Positions 40,112-53,859 of a stretch of 64,000 nt of DNA are shown one piece after another. Source of the DNA: Octopus vulgaris (lineage: Eukaryota). The notes below the pieces were generated by a model. It was not told the origin of the DNA. It saw nothing but the letters and a program-made list of their open reading frames with translations, and ran no database searches. Both the position numbers and the translations under genes were made by a program. The DNA is taken from the NCBI GenBank assembly GCA_951406725.2, contig OX597829.1:24180001-24244000 (forward strand). Direction: 5' to 3'. Each line of letters starts with the position of its first letter. The stretch's first letter is position 1.

Positions 40112-41260
40112 TGTATATACATGTATATGTATGTTTGTATATCTGTCTGTCTGTATTTATGTATATAATTGAAAATTGGTAACCAAAATTATTTTATGGC
40201 TTCTCAAAGTTTCATGTGACTGATTTTTGCAGTTATGCATAACACATTAGGCAGAAAGACAAAATAAGGTGCCCCAAAAATCTCCCAATAAGGAAATCCC
40301 AAGATTGCAAGTTGATTTGCTTGAAATAGAAAACAAAGCTCTCAAAAAAAAAAGTATGAAATAGTACTCTTAGATATACACAAAACACAGGATGTTGTAA
40401 GTTTACTCAATCACACATGAACATGTGTGTGTATGTGTGTATAAGTATAGTAGTGTAAACTTACAGATGTGTTGGTACACACACAGACACGGATACTCAC
40501 ACACACACACACACACACACATGTACTAATGTACACATATACATACACGCATAAAATATTATATTACTTAAAAAACAGTTTGATATGGTTTCAGTAAGTC
40601 TTTGTCTAACCCATCTCAACAAGGAAAAGTGGACAGAGAACAAATGAATGAATACATAAACATACATGTATACCTTCGTATATGTGTGTGTGTGTGTGTG
40701 TATGTGTGATGATGGCTTCTACCATAGAAGATGACATATGAGCATTCAGCTTTTACCACATGACTGGCTCAAATGATTTATTTATAGTGGTCAAATGTTT
40801 GTGCTACATGTTAGCTCACATTTGCTGACCAGGTGCACAGTGTACAACAAAAAAAGTGTTGAAGTGATCACAGAGTAATGTGAGATTAAGTGCTTTGCTT
40901 CAGAACACAATACACCACTTGCTCTAGGGATTGAAATCATGATCGCTAGACTGGGAGTGCAACATACCGACCACTAAGCCATGTGTGTGAGTGTGTATAT
41001 ATCTTTTATCTTTTACTGGTTTCAGTCATTTGACTGTGGCTTAATAAATCCTATAGGAGTATTTTTCATCACAGACAAGTGAATTTTGGAAGAGAGGCCT
41101 AGCAAGTCTACCAGATAGATGGAAGAGCATTGTAGAAAATGGAGAGCATATTTTAGATTAAAAAGAACTTGTTTATCTTAATTTTGAGAAATAAAAGTAG
41201 TATTAAAAAAAAGCATTATTTATGGGATAGCCCAATATATATATATATATATATATATAT

Positions 41261-41630
41261 ACTAGCACTTTGACCCAGCAGCGCTGGGTCATAGTGCGAG
41301 TGCATGGATATACAGCTGCATGCATTAGCACATACACGCGAGTACTGTCCAAATCTCCGACCAATCACATACAGCTAGCTGGCATTCAATTAGCATATGA
41401 AGTTTCAGGCATTTTGAATGGGTTTTGGATAGAAAATTCACAAAAAAGTCACTTGTATTGATTTTTTAATGGCTTTGTGGGGTGACTGGGGAAATGTAAA
41501 GATGTGCACGACCACCCTTGGACGGTTTTGAATGACCATAGAAAGTGTGAGTCCTCTAACTGAAAAATTGTGGATTTGTATAAAGGACACACACAGAGAC
41601 AGACATTTTGCTGTTTATACATAGAGAGAT
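41261..41630 (+). mobile_element. DINE-1/HINE-like non-autonomous rolling-circle element
   Basis: Starts ACTAG with a subterminal hairpin gcact-ttgacccagc/gctgggtca-tagtgc; ends with (CA)/(GACA) repeats and tttatacatagagagat; abuts (TA)n. Confidence 0.55.
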
Positions 41631-41795
41631 TTGATAAAAATGAATAGAAATGGCTTTTCTGATAATTTTTCCACTTTAATAATTAGATGTTTATAAATTA
41701 TTAGGTGTTTACCATTTGTAAAGATCCAATAATTTATAAACATCTATTAAAGTGGAAAAATTATCAGAAAAGCCATTTCTATTCAATTTTACAAA
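41631..41795. repeat. Short inverted repeat (arms about 41631-41702 and 41728-41795)
   Basis: tgaatagaaatggcttttctgataatttttccacttt / aaagtggaaaaattatcagaaaagccatttctattca. Confidence 0.85.
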
Positions 41796-42903
41796 TATAT
41801 ATAATATTGAACTTTCTAGTTCTTATTCTACTATACATGCATACATACATATATATATATACACACACATTTTTTTACTGTCTTACTTGTTTCAGTCATT
41901 TGACTGCAGCCATGCTGGGGCATCACCTTTTAGTCAAAGAAATCGACCTCAGGACTTATTCTTTGTAAGCTTGGTACTTATTCTCTTTTGCCAAACCACA
42001 AAGTTACAGGAATGTAAACACACCAACACCGGTTGTTAAGCGATCGGTGTGGTGGACAAGCACAGACACAAACATAAATATATACATGTATACAAAGGCT
42101 TCTTTCAGTTTCCGTCTACCAAATCCACTCACAAGGCTTTGGTTGGCCCAAGGTAATAGCGGAATACACTTGTCCAAGGTGCCATGCAAGTGGACTGAAC
42201 TTGGAACCAAGTGGTTGGGAAACAAACTTATTACCACATAGCCACCCCTGTGTATATAATTTTCATTATTTTAATGTTTACTTTTTCCATGCTATCACAG
42301 CTCAGACAAGACTTACAGAAGCAATTTTTTCTTTCAACCAGATGTCCCCTGCCCCATTTTCTAAGAAAGGAATCGTCTCACATATTCCACTTCCCTTTCT
42401 TCGATTTTTTTCTCCACCAAACACTTTCCCACCAATCGTTCTATACTTTCCTTCTTTTCTTTGATTCTCCCATCTCTCCTCTATTCTCTTCTTTAACCTT
42501 TTTATAGTTAAGACCTTCAAAGAAGATACTTTCATTCATGCACCATCACCACCTTCACTCTGGTTTATATGCAGTCTGAATACAATGGCCGTTACATTTA
42601 TTACAACAATATTTGAAAACACTTTCTAGATTAATTTTAAACATTTCCTTCATGCTACAAAAAAAAGTGATTCTAGCTACACATCTTTACAGAGTTATGT
42701 CCCCTGGCCCATATACTGACATTGTACATTGAAATAGCTACGTTATGTCATTTTACTAAAATCATTCTTACCTCACAGTGTCAGCGAGTAGCCATAAGAA
42801 CAACCCTTTTCTATAAATACTACTCATTTTTACATATATATTTTCATCTAAACTGAATTTTCTCATTACTTGTTTTCTCATAATATATATAGACTACAAA
42901 CAC

Positions 42904-42961
<58 letters not shown>

Positions 42962-43175
42962 AAGCTTTACATAAATAAATAACATGAAATACACGAAGGG
43001 ACGAACAAAAAGACAAACGGGTCATTCAAAGCCTTCATTCTTCAGTCAGAAACTGATCCCTCATCGCAGATTTCGGCTGTTTAATATATATATATATATG
43101 TCTACACACACACATATATATATATACATCCATATATAAATGATGATACATATATATATCTATATATTTACGTAT

Positions 43176-43715
43176 AATAATAGATCAAAATTCAAATGAA
43201 TCAGGCACTTAAATGGTAAAATATATACACAACAAAAATAGAAGAATACATACGCAGGTACAGTTATTCAGGTTATGTATATGATTAACTGCACCCAACT
43301 GAGTATATTGCGAGCCCTGAGGCTAATCAAGAAATGCACATTGCATTAAATGCTGGGTCCATAATATACTTCAGATCTATGCAAGGAGCAGGTTCTGAGA
43401 GAGGTGAATAATAAATGAATAAATAACTACAGCTGTTTCCAACGGAGTTTTAATTGATCAATGGAGACATTACATCGTCAGAAAAATCTGTTTTCATCGG
43501 GTGAATACATGAACCAAAACATTCAAAATCCAACGGGATGTGCTTCCTCGTGATTCTATGACCCTTGCTGGATTTTGAATGTTGTGGTTCAGGTATTCAC
43601 CTAATGAAAACAGATTTTTCTGACGATGTAATGTCTCCATTGATCAATTAAAAATTCATTGGAAACAGCTGTAAAGAGTTGACACAATATCCATCTGTTA
43701 TTATTCATTCATTTA
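43176..43715. mobile_element. Fold-back element with decayed hammerheads (43425-43506 minus, 43595-43676 plus)
   Basis: Arms about 43428-43537 and 43565-43673; ATTCAC-C(C/T)(G/A)ATGA-AAACAG...(G/A)TTG-GAAAC-AGCT-GTA; consensus core CUGAUGA. Confidence 0.6.
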
Positions 43716-43751
43716 TATATTAACATGTATACACACATACATGTTCATGAA

Positions 43752-43793
<42 letters not shown>

Positions 43794-43846
43794 TATATAT
43801 ACATACATATATGTACATACTGACATATATATATATACATATATAC

Positions 43847-43891
<45 letters not shown>

Positions 43892-43897
<6 letters not shown>

Positions 43898-44535
43898 TAT
43901 ATGAGTACAGGACATCACAAAATGTAAACAACATGAAATATGAAAACATGAAATCCGAATTATGAAAAACATGAAATACGAAGACAAACGGTTTTTTTTG
44001 CGAACAAGAGAAACAAGACAAGTAACATAAAGAACGACCCTTCATCAGTTGTCGGCTGTTTATCTACTCCACATTTCGAACAACTCATGACAATATGTTC
44101 CTTAGAGAAAACAGTTGCTCTCGCAAACCAAAATAAAATTTGGGATTTTGCGGAAAGTCAAAGTTGGTAGCAAAAACACGACAGTGAAACAAATAGTGAG
44201 GGCTGGCTAAGTGAGACGGGTTAAGGTGGCGAACACTGAGGAACATACTTTGACAAGAGAAAAGATAGAAGAGGAGACAGAGAAAAACACATCTGGTCTA
44301 TGCAACAGATTGGAAGAAAAGAAAGATGAACACATGCAGAAAAAAAAAGATGGACGATGGTCACGTGTAAGCAACAAGAGAGTAAAGGAGTAGATAAACA
44401 GCCAACAACTGATGAAGGGTCATTCTTTATGTTACTTGTCTTGTTTTCCATTTGTTTCTCTCCTTCACAAAAAAACAATTGTCTTCGTATTTCATGTTGT
44501 TTATGTTTTGTGGCGTCCTATACCCATATATGCTT
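43892..44535. mobile_element. Inverted-end element in (TA)n
   Basis: 43892-44070 is a diverged reverse complement of 44387-44535 (gacccttcatcagttgtcggctgtttatctactcc / ggagtagataaacagccaacaactgatgaagggtc). Confidence 0.65.
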
Positions 44536-44640
44536 TCATATACACGTATATGCGTACTTATACACAATGGCGGCGCTCCAGCATGGCCACAGTTATTGGA
44601 CTGAAACATGTAAAAGAATATGTCAGTATGTACACATATG

Positions 44641-44678
<38 letters not shown>

Positions 44679-46224
44679 ATTTATATTATTATATGATTGA
44701 ATACCATGATCCATTTCCAAGTAAGTTAATCTATCTAATTGATAGATATGTTATATGTACACATTTATATTTTCAAAGCAGTGAGTTGGTAGAATCATTA
44801 AAGCATCAGATGGAATGTCCAACAGTATTTGTTCTGATTGTCTGTACTCTGAGCTCAAATCCCACACAGAATAAACTTTCATCCTTTCATAATTAATGAA
44901 AACATACAGCTCCAGAGGTCTGGGTGAGATGCCTTGTTAGTATCTGTTCTGGCTCTTTCTGTTTTGATACAACACCTCTGACAGCACTGGTGGAAACTGT
45001 ACTGGGCCAAGTTGGTGGCTTTTCCATTTGATAAGGATCAAAGGCACACAGGGAGGTGTAAGCTTGTATGCATGGGTAGCTACTAGTCTTACTCAAAGGG
45101 TCTTGCCCTGGTCTGCACAGAAATTCTACACATATACATGTGAGTGTGTGTATACATATAAACACATTAAGACAACCTGCTACCTTATACATAGATTATT
45201 TCTTGATCCAGACTGAGTCTTTCTCAAAAAGATAATATTTTTTTAGATCCCGACTGCTTACAGAACTGTTTAATCTGAGCAAAATTTTAGGGCATATTCA
45301 TGAATCTTACAAATGGAATGGAATGGTAAAAATCAAAAATATAAAATTTCCAATTACTAATGAAAAAATACTAAAGATGTCTAATAGTGCAGAAGCCATC
45401 AATTATGAAAATTAGATAACATCCACCAAACCTAGGTATAAACTGTGCAAATGTATGACTGAAAAGAATTTTATATTAAGATACAACAGTCACACTTCAT
45501 TTCAGATGCATCTAAAAGAGAAATATGACTAGATTACCTAACTGCATCTGCCCTCAAAAGAAAACATTTTCATTTATAACATCAAATAAAAGCTGTGAAA
45601 GTTGTACAGAAGAACCTCATCCTCGAAAGCCTGCTCAACACTAAACATTTGGTCTGAAAGATTAAAAAAATGTAGACACTTATCATGTAATGAAACTGTA
45701 CGCCATTACCAGCAAATAATCCATCTGTCCACTATATAGGGAAGTAGCTTTCTTCTGAATGTACAGGCAATAAAGTGGCCACCCATATGAACAGAAACAA
45801 TACGGGGTTAAGAGGATTCTTTGGTCTTGTTGAGGACAAGACGTCCTCTCTAGTGATGGTGCCAAAGTAAAAAGCACCCAGTACACTCTGTAAAGTGGCT
45901 GGTGTTAGGAAGGGCATCCAGCCATGAAGCATAGTCTTTTGAGTAATTTAGGAAGGAAGTAACACCAAATGAGAATAGTGTTGCAACACAACCATTGCTT
46001 GACACATGCCAGCATGGAAAGTGGAAGTCAGTCAAAGATAACTATACTTTAACTCACACACACAAATACATATAAATACATACATATCTCTCCCTGTATC
46101 TTTGTGTGTGTGTGTGTACATACACTCACATAAACAAATATATAGATATACATATACACATCTATGTACATAATATGTGTATATGTCTGTCTGTCTATAA
46201 ATATGCATACTTACATACGTGTAT

Positions 46225-46260
<36 letters not shown>

Positions 46261-46339
46261 TAACAAATGTTCTTGAAACAGCCCAGATTAAAATAATGAC
46301 GTGTAAAATATTTATAGGGTACCTATGAATGTAGAACAT

Positions 46340-46660
46340 CACTAGCTCTAACATTGTGTCTCAGTGAAACTTCTGAAAGAGATTTGTGTATTAAAAACAC
46401 AGCGTTTTGCTCAAAACACCAGTGGATTGCCTAACAGGTGTTTCCACCTTGGTAATGAATAGCCTGTTCTAAACTAAGCTGACATATGCTAGTTTACTAA
46501 ATTCTGTACTGGAAAAAGCATTTGTCAGCTTAGTTCAAAACATGTTGGTGTATTTGTCATTGAGGAGACTAAACTGAGTTGAAACACTGTATAAGGTGAT
46601 ACATTGATGTTTTGAGCAAAGCCACTTCAGTTTCTCTTGAGACAAAATATCCCAGCTAGT
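46340..46660. repeat. Old degenerate inverted repeat
   Basis: ttttgctcaaaaca / tgttttgagcaaa, aactaagctgaca / tgtcagcttagtt; GAAACACTGTA in the right arm. Confidence 0.5.
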
Positions 46661-46868
46661 ACCATTCAGTATTTATATTTTAATATATGTTACGCACAGT
46701 AGAATTTTACACCACACACATGCACATATAAACATATATATATAGACACATACACACACACACACATATACATATACATTATATATATATATATATATAT
46801 AAAAAAAACATACACATACATACATATGTACATAGGCACATAGGTATAAAGTCTTCTGGCAAGGTAAC

Positions 46869-49800
46869 ATGGATGGTGTAGGGGGTGTAGCTACGATTAT
46901 CTCCGCCTATGCCCCACATGCGGGGCTACCAAATGATCAGAAGGACCACTTTTATGATACCCTTCTACAGGCTACCTCAAAGACTAGTGGCAAGTACCTC
47001 ATCTTTGTGGGTGGAGACTTTAATGGGCATGTTGGGTGGGAATTGGGTATCTTCACTGGGGTACACGGTGGCCATGGTATTGGCACCAGAAATGATGAGG
47101 GAACTAGACTACTGGAATTCTGTGATGCATGTAACCTTTTAATCTGCAACACTAACTTCAGGAAGCCTCACTGCCACCTAATACCTTATCAGTCAGGAGA
47201 CTCCGCTAGCCAAATAGACTTCATCTTCACCATACAGCGGGATGCAGAGTCGCTCTTAAATACAAAGACCCTCCCGGGTGAAGAATGTATCCCTCAGCAT
47301 AGGCTAATAATTAGTGACTTTAAGCTTGAGGCCAGAAGGACTCCAAGAAACAGACCAATTCAGAAAAGAAGGATTTGGAAGCTAAAGAGCCCTTCACATG
47401 GTCAGAGATTTAGGGACATCCTCATCAAGAAATTTGATGAGAGGGAGGAGGAGCTTCAGACGTCGGACATAGAAGGTAGTTGGGAATTCCTACGGGACAG
47501 CTTGCTGAGTGCCACAGACCAAGTCTGTGGATGGTGCAAAGTCCCTTCCAGACCTAGAGTTACGTGGTGGTGGAATAGTGCAGTAGACAAAGCCATTAGT
47601 GTAAAGAAACAGGCCTGGAAGGCCTGGAGGGATGGGGGTAGCAGGGAACTGTACCAGGTAGCCAAAAGGGAGGCTGGGCGGTAGGTATACATAGCCAAAG
47701 ATGTAGCAGAAAAGAAGAAGTTTGCCAATGTCCAGCGACGTGAGGACCAAAGAGCTGAGGTATTTTGGATTGCCAGACAGTATGTGAGAGAAAATAGTGA
47801 TGTTACAGGAGAGATATGTGTCCGCATGGATGATGAGGCACTTGCTTTTAATGTTGGTGAAAAGAAAGAGGCTTGGAGAAGCCATTATGAAAGACTGCTG
47901 AATGTGGAGAATGAATGGGAGGAGGAGAGCCTGCCAAATGTTGACCCAGTAGAGGGACCAGCTATCCAAATAGACAGCTCCCTTGTAGTTAAGGCAATTA
48001 AGGGTATGAAACCAGGTAAAGCCCCTGGCCCATCAGGAATCACTGCTGAGATGCTTAAAACAGCTGGTTATGTGGGCTATGGCCTAGTCACCCATATTGT
48101 AAACCAGGTAGTTCATAATGGAGTCATACCCAATGACTGGCGTAGCAGCACCATAGTCAACTGCTACAAGGGTAAGGGTGATGCTCTAGATAGAAATAAC
48201 TACAGGGGTATTAAACTGTTGGATCAGGTGATGAAGGTCACAGAGAGGGTCATAACCCATCTCATTAGGGAGAGAATTTGCTTAGATGAGATGCAGTTCG
48301 GTTTTGTGCCGGGTAGAAGCACCACTGATGCTATATTCCTGGTCCGACAACTGCAGGAGACGTACCTAGCTAAAGATAAACCCCTCTACATAGCTTTTGT
48401 GGACTTGGAGAAAGCCTTTGACAGGGTCCCCCGATCCTTTATCTGGTGGTCGATGCGGAAACTGGAGATTGACGAATGGCTAATAAGGGCTGTACAGGCC
48501 CTATACAGAGAGGCTGTCAGCAAGGTTAGGATTGGCAATGAATATAGTGAAGAATTCCGGGTAGAAGTAGGTGTACACCAAGGCTCAGCCCTCAGTCCCC
48601 TTTTATTCATCATAGTCCTCCAGGCAATAACAGAGGAATTCAGAACAGGTTGCCCCTGGGAGCTCCTCTATGCTGATGACCTGGCTCTCATAGCAGAATC
48701 ACTACCGGAACTAGAAAAGAAATTTTGGGTGTGGAAGCAAGGGTTAGAATCAAAGGGCCTTAGAGTAAATGTAGCAAATTCCAAAGTTATAGTAAGCAGA
48801 AAGGCAAACTCAGCACACACACCCTCGGGCAGGTGGCCCTGCTCGATCTGTAGGAAAGGTGTAGGTAGAAACTCCATAGGATGCACCCAGGTGTAAGCTA
48901 TGGACGCATAAGAGGTGCAGCAACATCAAAGGGAAATTAACTGATAAGATAGCTTTCATGTGCGGCAGATGCACAGGGACAATAGATACCACAGATACTC
49001 AGAAAACAGATTCCATCACACTCCAGGGGGAGAAACTAGAAGTAGTTGATAGTTTTCGCTACCTGGGTGACCAAGTTAGTAGTGGAGGTGGATGCTCAGA
49101 GAGTGTCACCACTAGAATACGAATAGCCTGGGCAAAGTTCAGAAAGCTTCTACCCCTACTGGCGACAAAGGGTCTCTCACTCAAAGTGAAAGGTAGATTG
49201 TATGACGCATGTGTGCGAACTGCCATGCTTCATGGTAGTGAAACATGGGCTGTGACTGCAGAGGACATGCGTAGACTTGAAAAGAATGATAGCATGATCC
49301 ACTGGATGTGTAATGTCAGTGTGCACGCACGACAGAGGGTAAGCACCCTGAGAGAAATGCTGGACATAAGAAGCATCAGATGTGGTGTGCAAGAGCGACG
49401 CTTGCGATGGTATGGTCATGTACTGTGGGTGGATGAGGAGAGATGTGTGAAGAAGTGCCACCCCCAAACAGTTGGAGGTATCAGGGGGAGAGGTAGACTC
49501 AGGAAGACATGGGATGAGGTAGTCAAGCATGACCTCAGAGCGTTGGGCCTCACTGAGGCAATGGCGAAGGACTGAGATCTCTGGAGATATGCTGTGACTG
49601 CAAAGACCCAGGCTGCTTCCTGCACCAGTTCCGCATAGCCCCTGCCCATTCAAAGTACCTTGGATTCCAGAACATCCCGCTGTGCTTGAGGAGACCTGTT
49701 GAGTCAAGTACATGAACATCGAAATAAATATCAATGGAAATAGTAGTTGTGATACCTGTGCTGGTGGCACATAAAAAGCACCAGCGCTGCCTCGACTGGC

Positions 49801-50113
49801 TTCTGTGCCGGTGGCACATAAAAAGCACCATCCGAACGTGGCCGATGCCAGTGCCACCTTGGCTGGCTTCCATGCCAGTGGCACGTTAAAAGCACCAACT
49901 GATCATGGCCGATGCCGGACTCCCCTGGCACCTGTGCAGGTGGCACGTAAAAAGCACCCACTACACTCGCGGAGTGGTTGGCGTTAGGAAGGGCATCCAG
50001 CAGTAGAAACACTGCCAGATCAGACTGGAGCCTGGTGCAGCCCCTGGCTTCCCAGACCCCGGTCGAACCATCCAACCCGTGCTAGCGCGGAAAACGGACG
50101 TTAAATGATGATG
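46869..50113 (+). mobile_element. RTE-clade LINE (partial APE endonuclease + reverse transcriptase + 3' UTR), antisense in a Clock intron; disabled
   Basis: APE motifs SAYAPH, GDFNGHVG, SQIDF, QHRLII; RT motifs KAPGPSG, NYRGIKLL, QFGF, FVDLEKAFD, GVHQGSALSP, LLYADD, FRYLG; in-frame TAG at 47682-47684, +1 frameshift near 48891; (GAT)n tail. Confidence 0.93.
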
Positions 50114-50156
50114 ATATCATCGTCGTTTAATGTTTGATGATATATCTATCTATCTA

Positions 50157-50203
<47 letters not shown>

Positions 50204-50225
50204 CACACACACACGCATACATATG

Positions 50226-50273
<48 letters not shown>

Positions 50274-50329
50274 CAAACACAAAGTATTTTCACATCCCTG
50301 TTGGGATACTTGCAAATAAATATGCCAGA

Positions 50330-51930
50330 TGAGTTCTTTGACACCAGTGCTCTACATGAAGGGAAAGCAATTAGTGATTACATCAAAACAAAGGAAACTA
50401 AAGCAGTATCAACCATTGATGAAATGGGCTTACACTCAGCCACTGGCCCTCATGGATTCCCAGCAATTTTCCAAAAAAAAAAAAAAAATGCAAATGGACT
50501 TTAGCAACATCACTGAAAATCCTCTTTCAAAGTTTTCTTTTAAGTGGTATACTTTCCAGAAAGTTAAAGGAAGGCATAATATGTCCTATCCATTAAGAAG
50601 AAAGCAGAGCAGATGCTACAAATGATAGACCTGTCTCTCTAACCTCACATGTCAGCAAAGTCCATAAAATGCAGTGTGAGGAGGAAGCTGATCATGTTCT
50701 TTGAAGACAATGACTTGCTCTCTGACACTTGGCAAGGCTTTTGCTCAGGAAGAAGCTACCTTACAAAGCTCCTGCAACATTATGACTGGATGATGTTGAA
50801 ATAACTTATGATTTGCACAAATGTGGATGTGATATGTCCCAATTTTTCAAAGACCTTTGATAGGGTTGATTATGGAATATGCCACAAGCAGTAAGAACTC
50901 AGTATAGTTGGAAAACTGGGTGAGTGCTTTTTGACTTCTTAAAAGACAAAAGCCATGATGTAGCAACCAATGGAGCCCACTCCTAGAAGAGATTGATAGT
51001 GACTGAAGTCTTAGGGCCACTGCTGTTTCTAGTGGTTCTCTCAGTCATGCCATCTGTTACACAGACAGCCACTCTAACTAGCTATATCAACAATACAAAA
51101 GAGTAGCACAAGCAGTCAAGAACCTTTTCAAAACTAATCTTCTGCAGAAAGAACTAGATTCCATATATAAAAGGGCTGAAGAAAACAACATACAATTTAA
51201 TGCAGGAAAATTTAAAGCCCTTCACTAACAGCCAACTTGTGCTAACATGCAACACCATAGATACTTTGGACCAAAAGGGAAGGCAATCCTAGAATTAAAC
51301 ACAGTGCATGACATGGAGCTTGATATAAGCAAAAAATTTTTCATGTATATATATATATATATCCCCAAGAAAGTGGCATGGTGCTGGTGAATGACCAGAT
51401 GAATTCTAAGAACTTTGAGAACAAAGGGCAAAGAAACTATGAGGATATTGTCCTCAACTCTCAATTATGGTTGACCCACACTGTCAACTTAAAAGCAGAA
51501 TTTCAAGAAGAATGAATCAATAAAATATTCAAGCGACTGGGAGTGACTGAAAGAATTACTATTCTACTCACTGGGGCAAAGAAGGGAGAGATAAGTAGTG
51601 ATCCATATATGGAAGATCCAAGAGCGGCTGACACTAAACTATTGCATTGAAAGTTATGTCAGTCCCTGAACAGGATGCCATTGTACTATTCCAAAGGTTC
51701 CACTCCTTTAATCAGGAGTAAGGACCAGGTACTGCAATAGCTTGTGATCCAAAGGCCAACAGCTATTTATTACCTTGGCCCCAAAAATGAGAGATTTACA
51801 CAGAGTTGGGGTAGATGTTTTCAAGAATCAACTTGGCTTTCTGCTGTCCAAGATCCTAGATGATCCTACATCACAGTGAGAAACTCAAAAGAGGCAGTGA
51901 TACTAAACTCTGGATTCACCAAAAGTCAAC
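50330..51930 (+). mobile_element. Decayed CR1/Jockey-group LINE RT fragment
   Basis: Residual motifs TGPHGFPA, RPVSLTSHVSKV, GF.SGRS, DVI..NFSKTFDRVD, LGPLLFLV, ELDSIYKRAEENNIQFNAGKFK, with many stops. Confidence 0.7.
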
Positions 51931-53859
51931 CACATTAAGAAAGGCCATTGAAAAGGTGATAACACTGGCATTGCCTAAGCATGGCCATAGCCTTTAGATG
52001 ATTATAATAAAAGAATTACACACACACACAAATTTATATATATATTTTAAAGTTTACCTCAATAGATTTTCTATAAAATTCAGAGCCAGCACTGAATTCT
52101 ATAGAAAATCTGTAGAGGAAAATTTTAAAACAAGAACATTTCACAGTTAATACATTGTCATCGTTGTCATCATCATCTTCATCAACAACATCATTTGATG
52201 ACTGTTTTCCATGCCACATGGGTTGGACATTTGACATGAGCTAGCAAGCCAGAGGAGTGTGTTGAGTTCTAGTGTCAGCTTTGATGTGATTTCTACAACG
52301 GGGTGACCTTCCTAATGTCAACCATTGTGTGTTGGGTGTTTTTTATATAGTATCAACACTGGAAAGATCACCAAATGTGTATGCAGGCATGACTATCAAG
52401 TTCACTTCCTACACACATGGTTTTGGATTCAGTCCAACTGCATAGCATTTGAACAAGCATCTTCTACTATAATCCTAGGATGACCAAAGCCTTGTAAATG
52501 GATTTAGTAGACAGAAACCAAAAGAAGTCTGTTATGCGTTTCTGTGCATAAAATTTAAGAACTTCACTACTTACATCAAGACATTATTAAATAAAAGATT
52601 CATTATGATATCAAAAAAAAACCTATTGACATAATGATGATGTTTTCTGTAATTGATCTGAAGAACACTTAGCACAAACTGAAGATGCCAACTTTTGGAC
52701 AGTTCTATTGTGTTGTAATTAACGTAATTGAATTGAATTGTAATTAATATTTGCCAAAAGATGTGAATAACGGAATCAATCAAAATACACAAAATAACCA
52801 AAATCAATCACCTTCTCTCACTCTTTCAAAAACAAAAATTATACATTAAGGACAATATATTACATATTTTTTTACAAATGTTTGGCATTGTGCCAATGTT
52901 ACAACAACAACAACAACAGGTAACAAAAGAAAGTGCTTTCCCACACCCCATTGCTGCATATTCAGATCAATGAGCCCAAGTTTTTTCTTAATAATGTCAG
53001 GGAAATATATATATGTATAAAACACCAAGAAGTGAAATTCTCCCTCTCAATACATAAATAAACTCATTCTCAATATGAATGATGTTTAACCACTAAATTA
53101 AATTAAAATAAATGTAACGCTATAATATGGGATCTGAAGTGCCTGATTTGGAACATGTAATGGTGTCTGAGGCACCCACTTTCAACCCCAAAGATGTAAT
53201 GGGTGCAGCTTTTGGCACAGGGGTATCAATATCACTAACAATAAACGTGCAAAAAGTCTTAAGATTTGCAGTCACAGAAAAACTATAACTTAAAACAAAA
53301 CTGGTGGTAGACATAAGTAGAGCAAGCTAGACAATAAAATGGAACTTAAATGCCGCTGGTTGATGGTCATAGTGGAACAGGAACCAGAACCCACTGGTTT
53401 TGGCAAGAGTTCAGTATGATCAACAATTCCAAGAATAAACTGGTGGGTTAGGTCCACAAGTTAACGAAAAGTAATTGGCTTTCTGGTGTGGAAGTTGATT
53501 ACCATGTAGCAGGAACCATAGCTAGCAAAATATTCAACAGTCAGCAGAAATGAAAGCAAAAAAAATTTTTGAACAGGAGTGAACATCTAGTGAACAATGA
53601 TGATGATGATGATAGTAGTGGTGGTGTTGATAATAAAGATAGCATTGATGATAATGGTGATGGTGATGGTGATGTTGATAGAAGATTTATTATTGGCGAA
53701 GAAGTGAGAAATGAAATTTCAAGGATTATGGAAAAAAACTTAAGGAACAATATAGACAAGCAGAAAATTTTGAACCTTTCAATGTCTGCTATGTTAAAAA
53801 AGGAGCGTTGGGGGGTAGTGAAACTGCTATGGTCAAAATAGCATTGAAGTACATTGCTG

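Noticed and set aside
42957-43082. Possible additional hammerhead (CTGAAGA and GCCGAAA on the minus strand)
   Set aside because: Motif halves are in the wrong order or lack pairing helices; too degenerate to call.
53120-53841. ORFs 53120-53314(-) and 53569-53841(+) as extra Clock exons or genes
   Set aside because: No convincing splice-site pair; they lie at the edge of a decayed retroelement and a (GAT)n-like tract.
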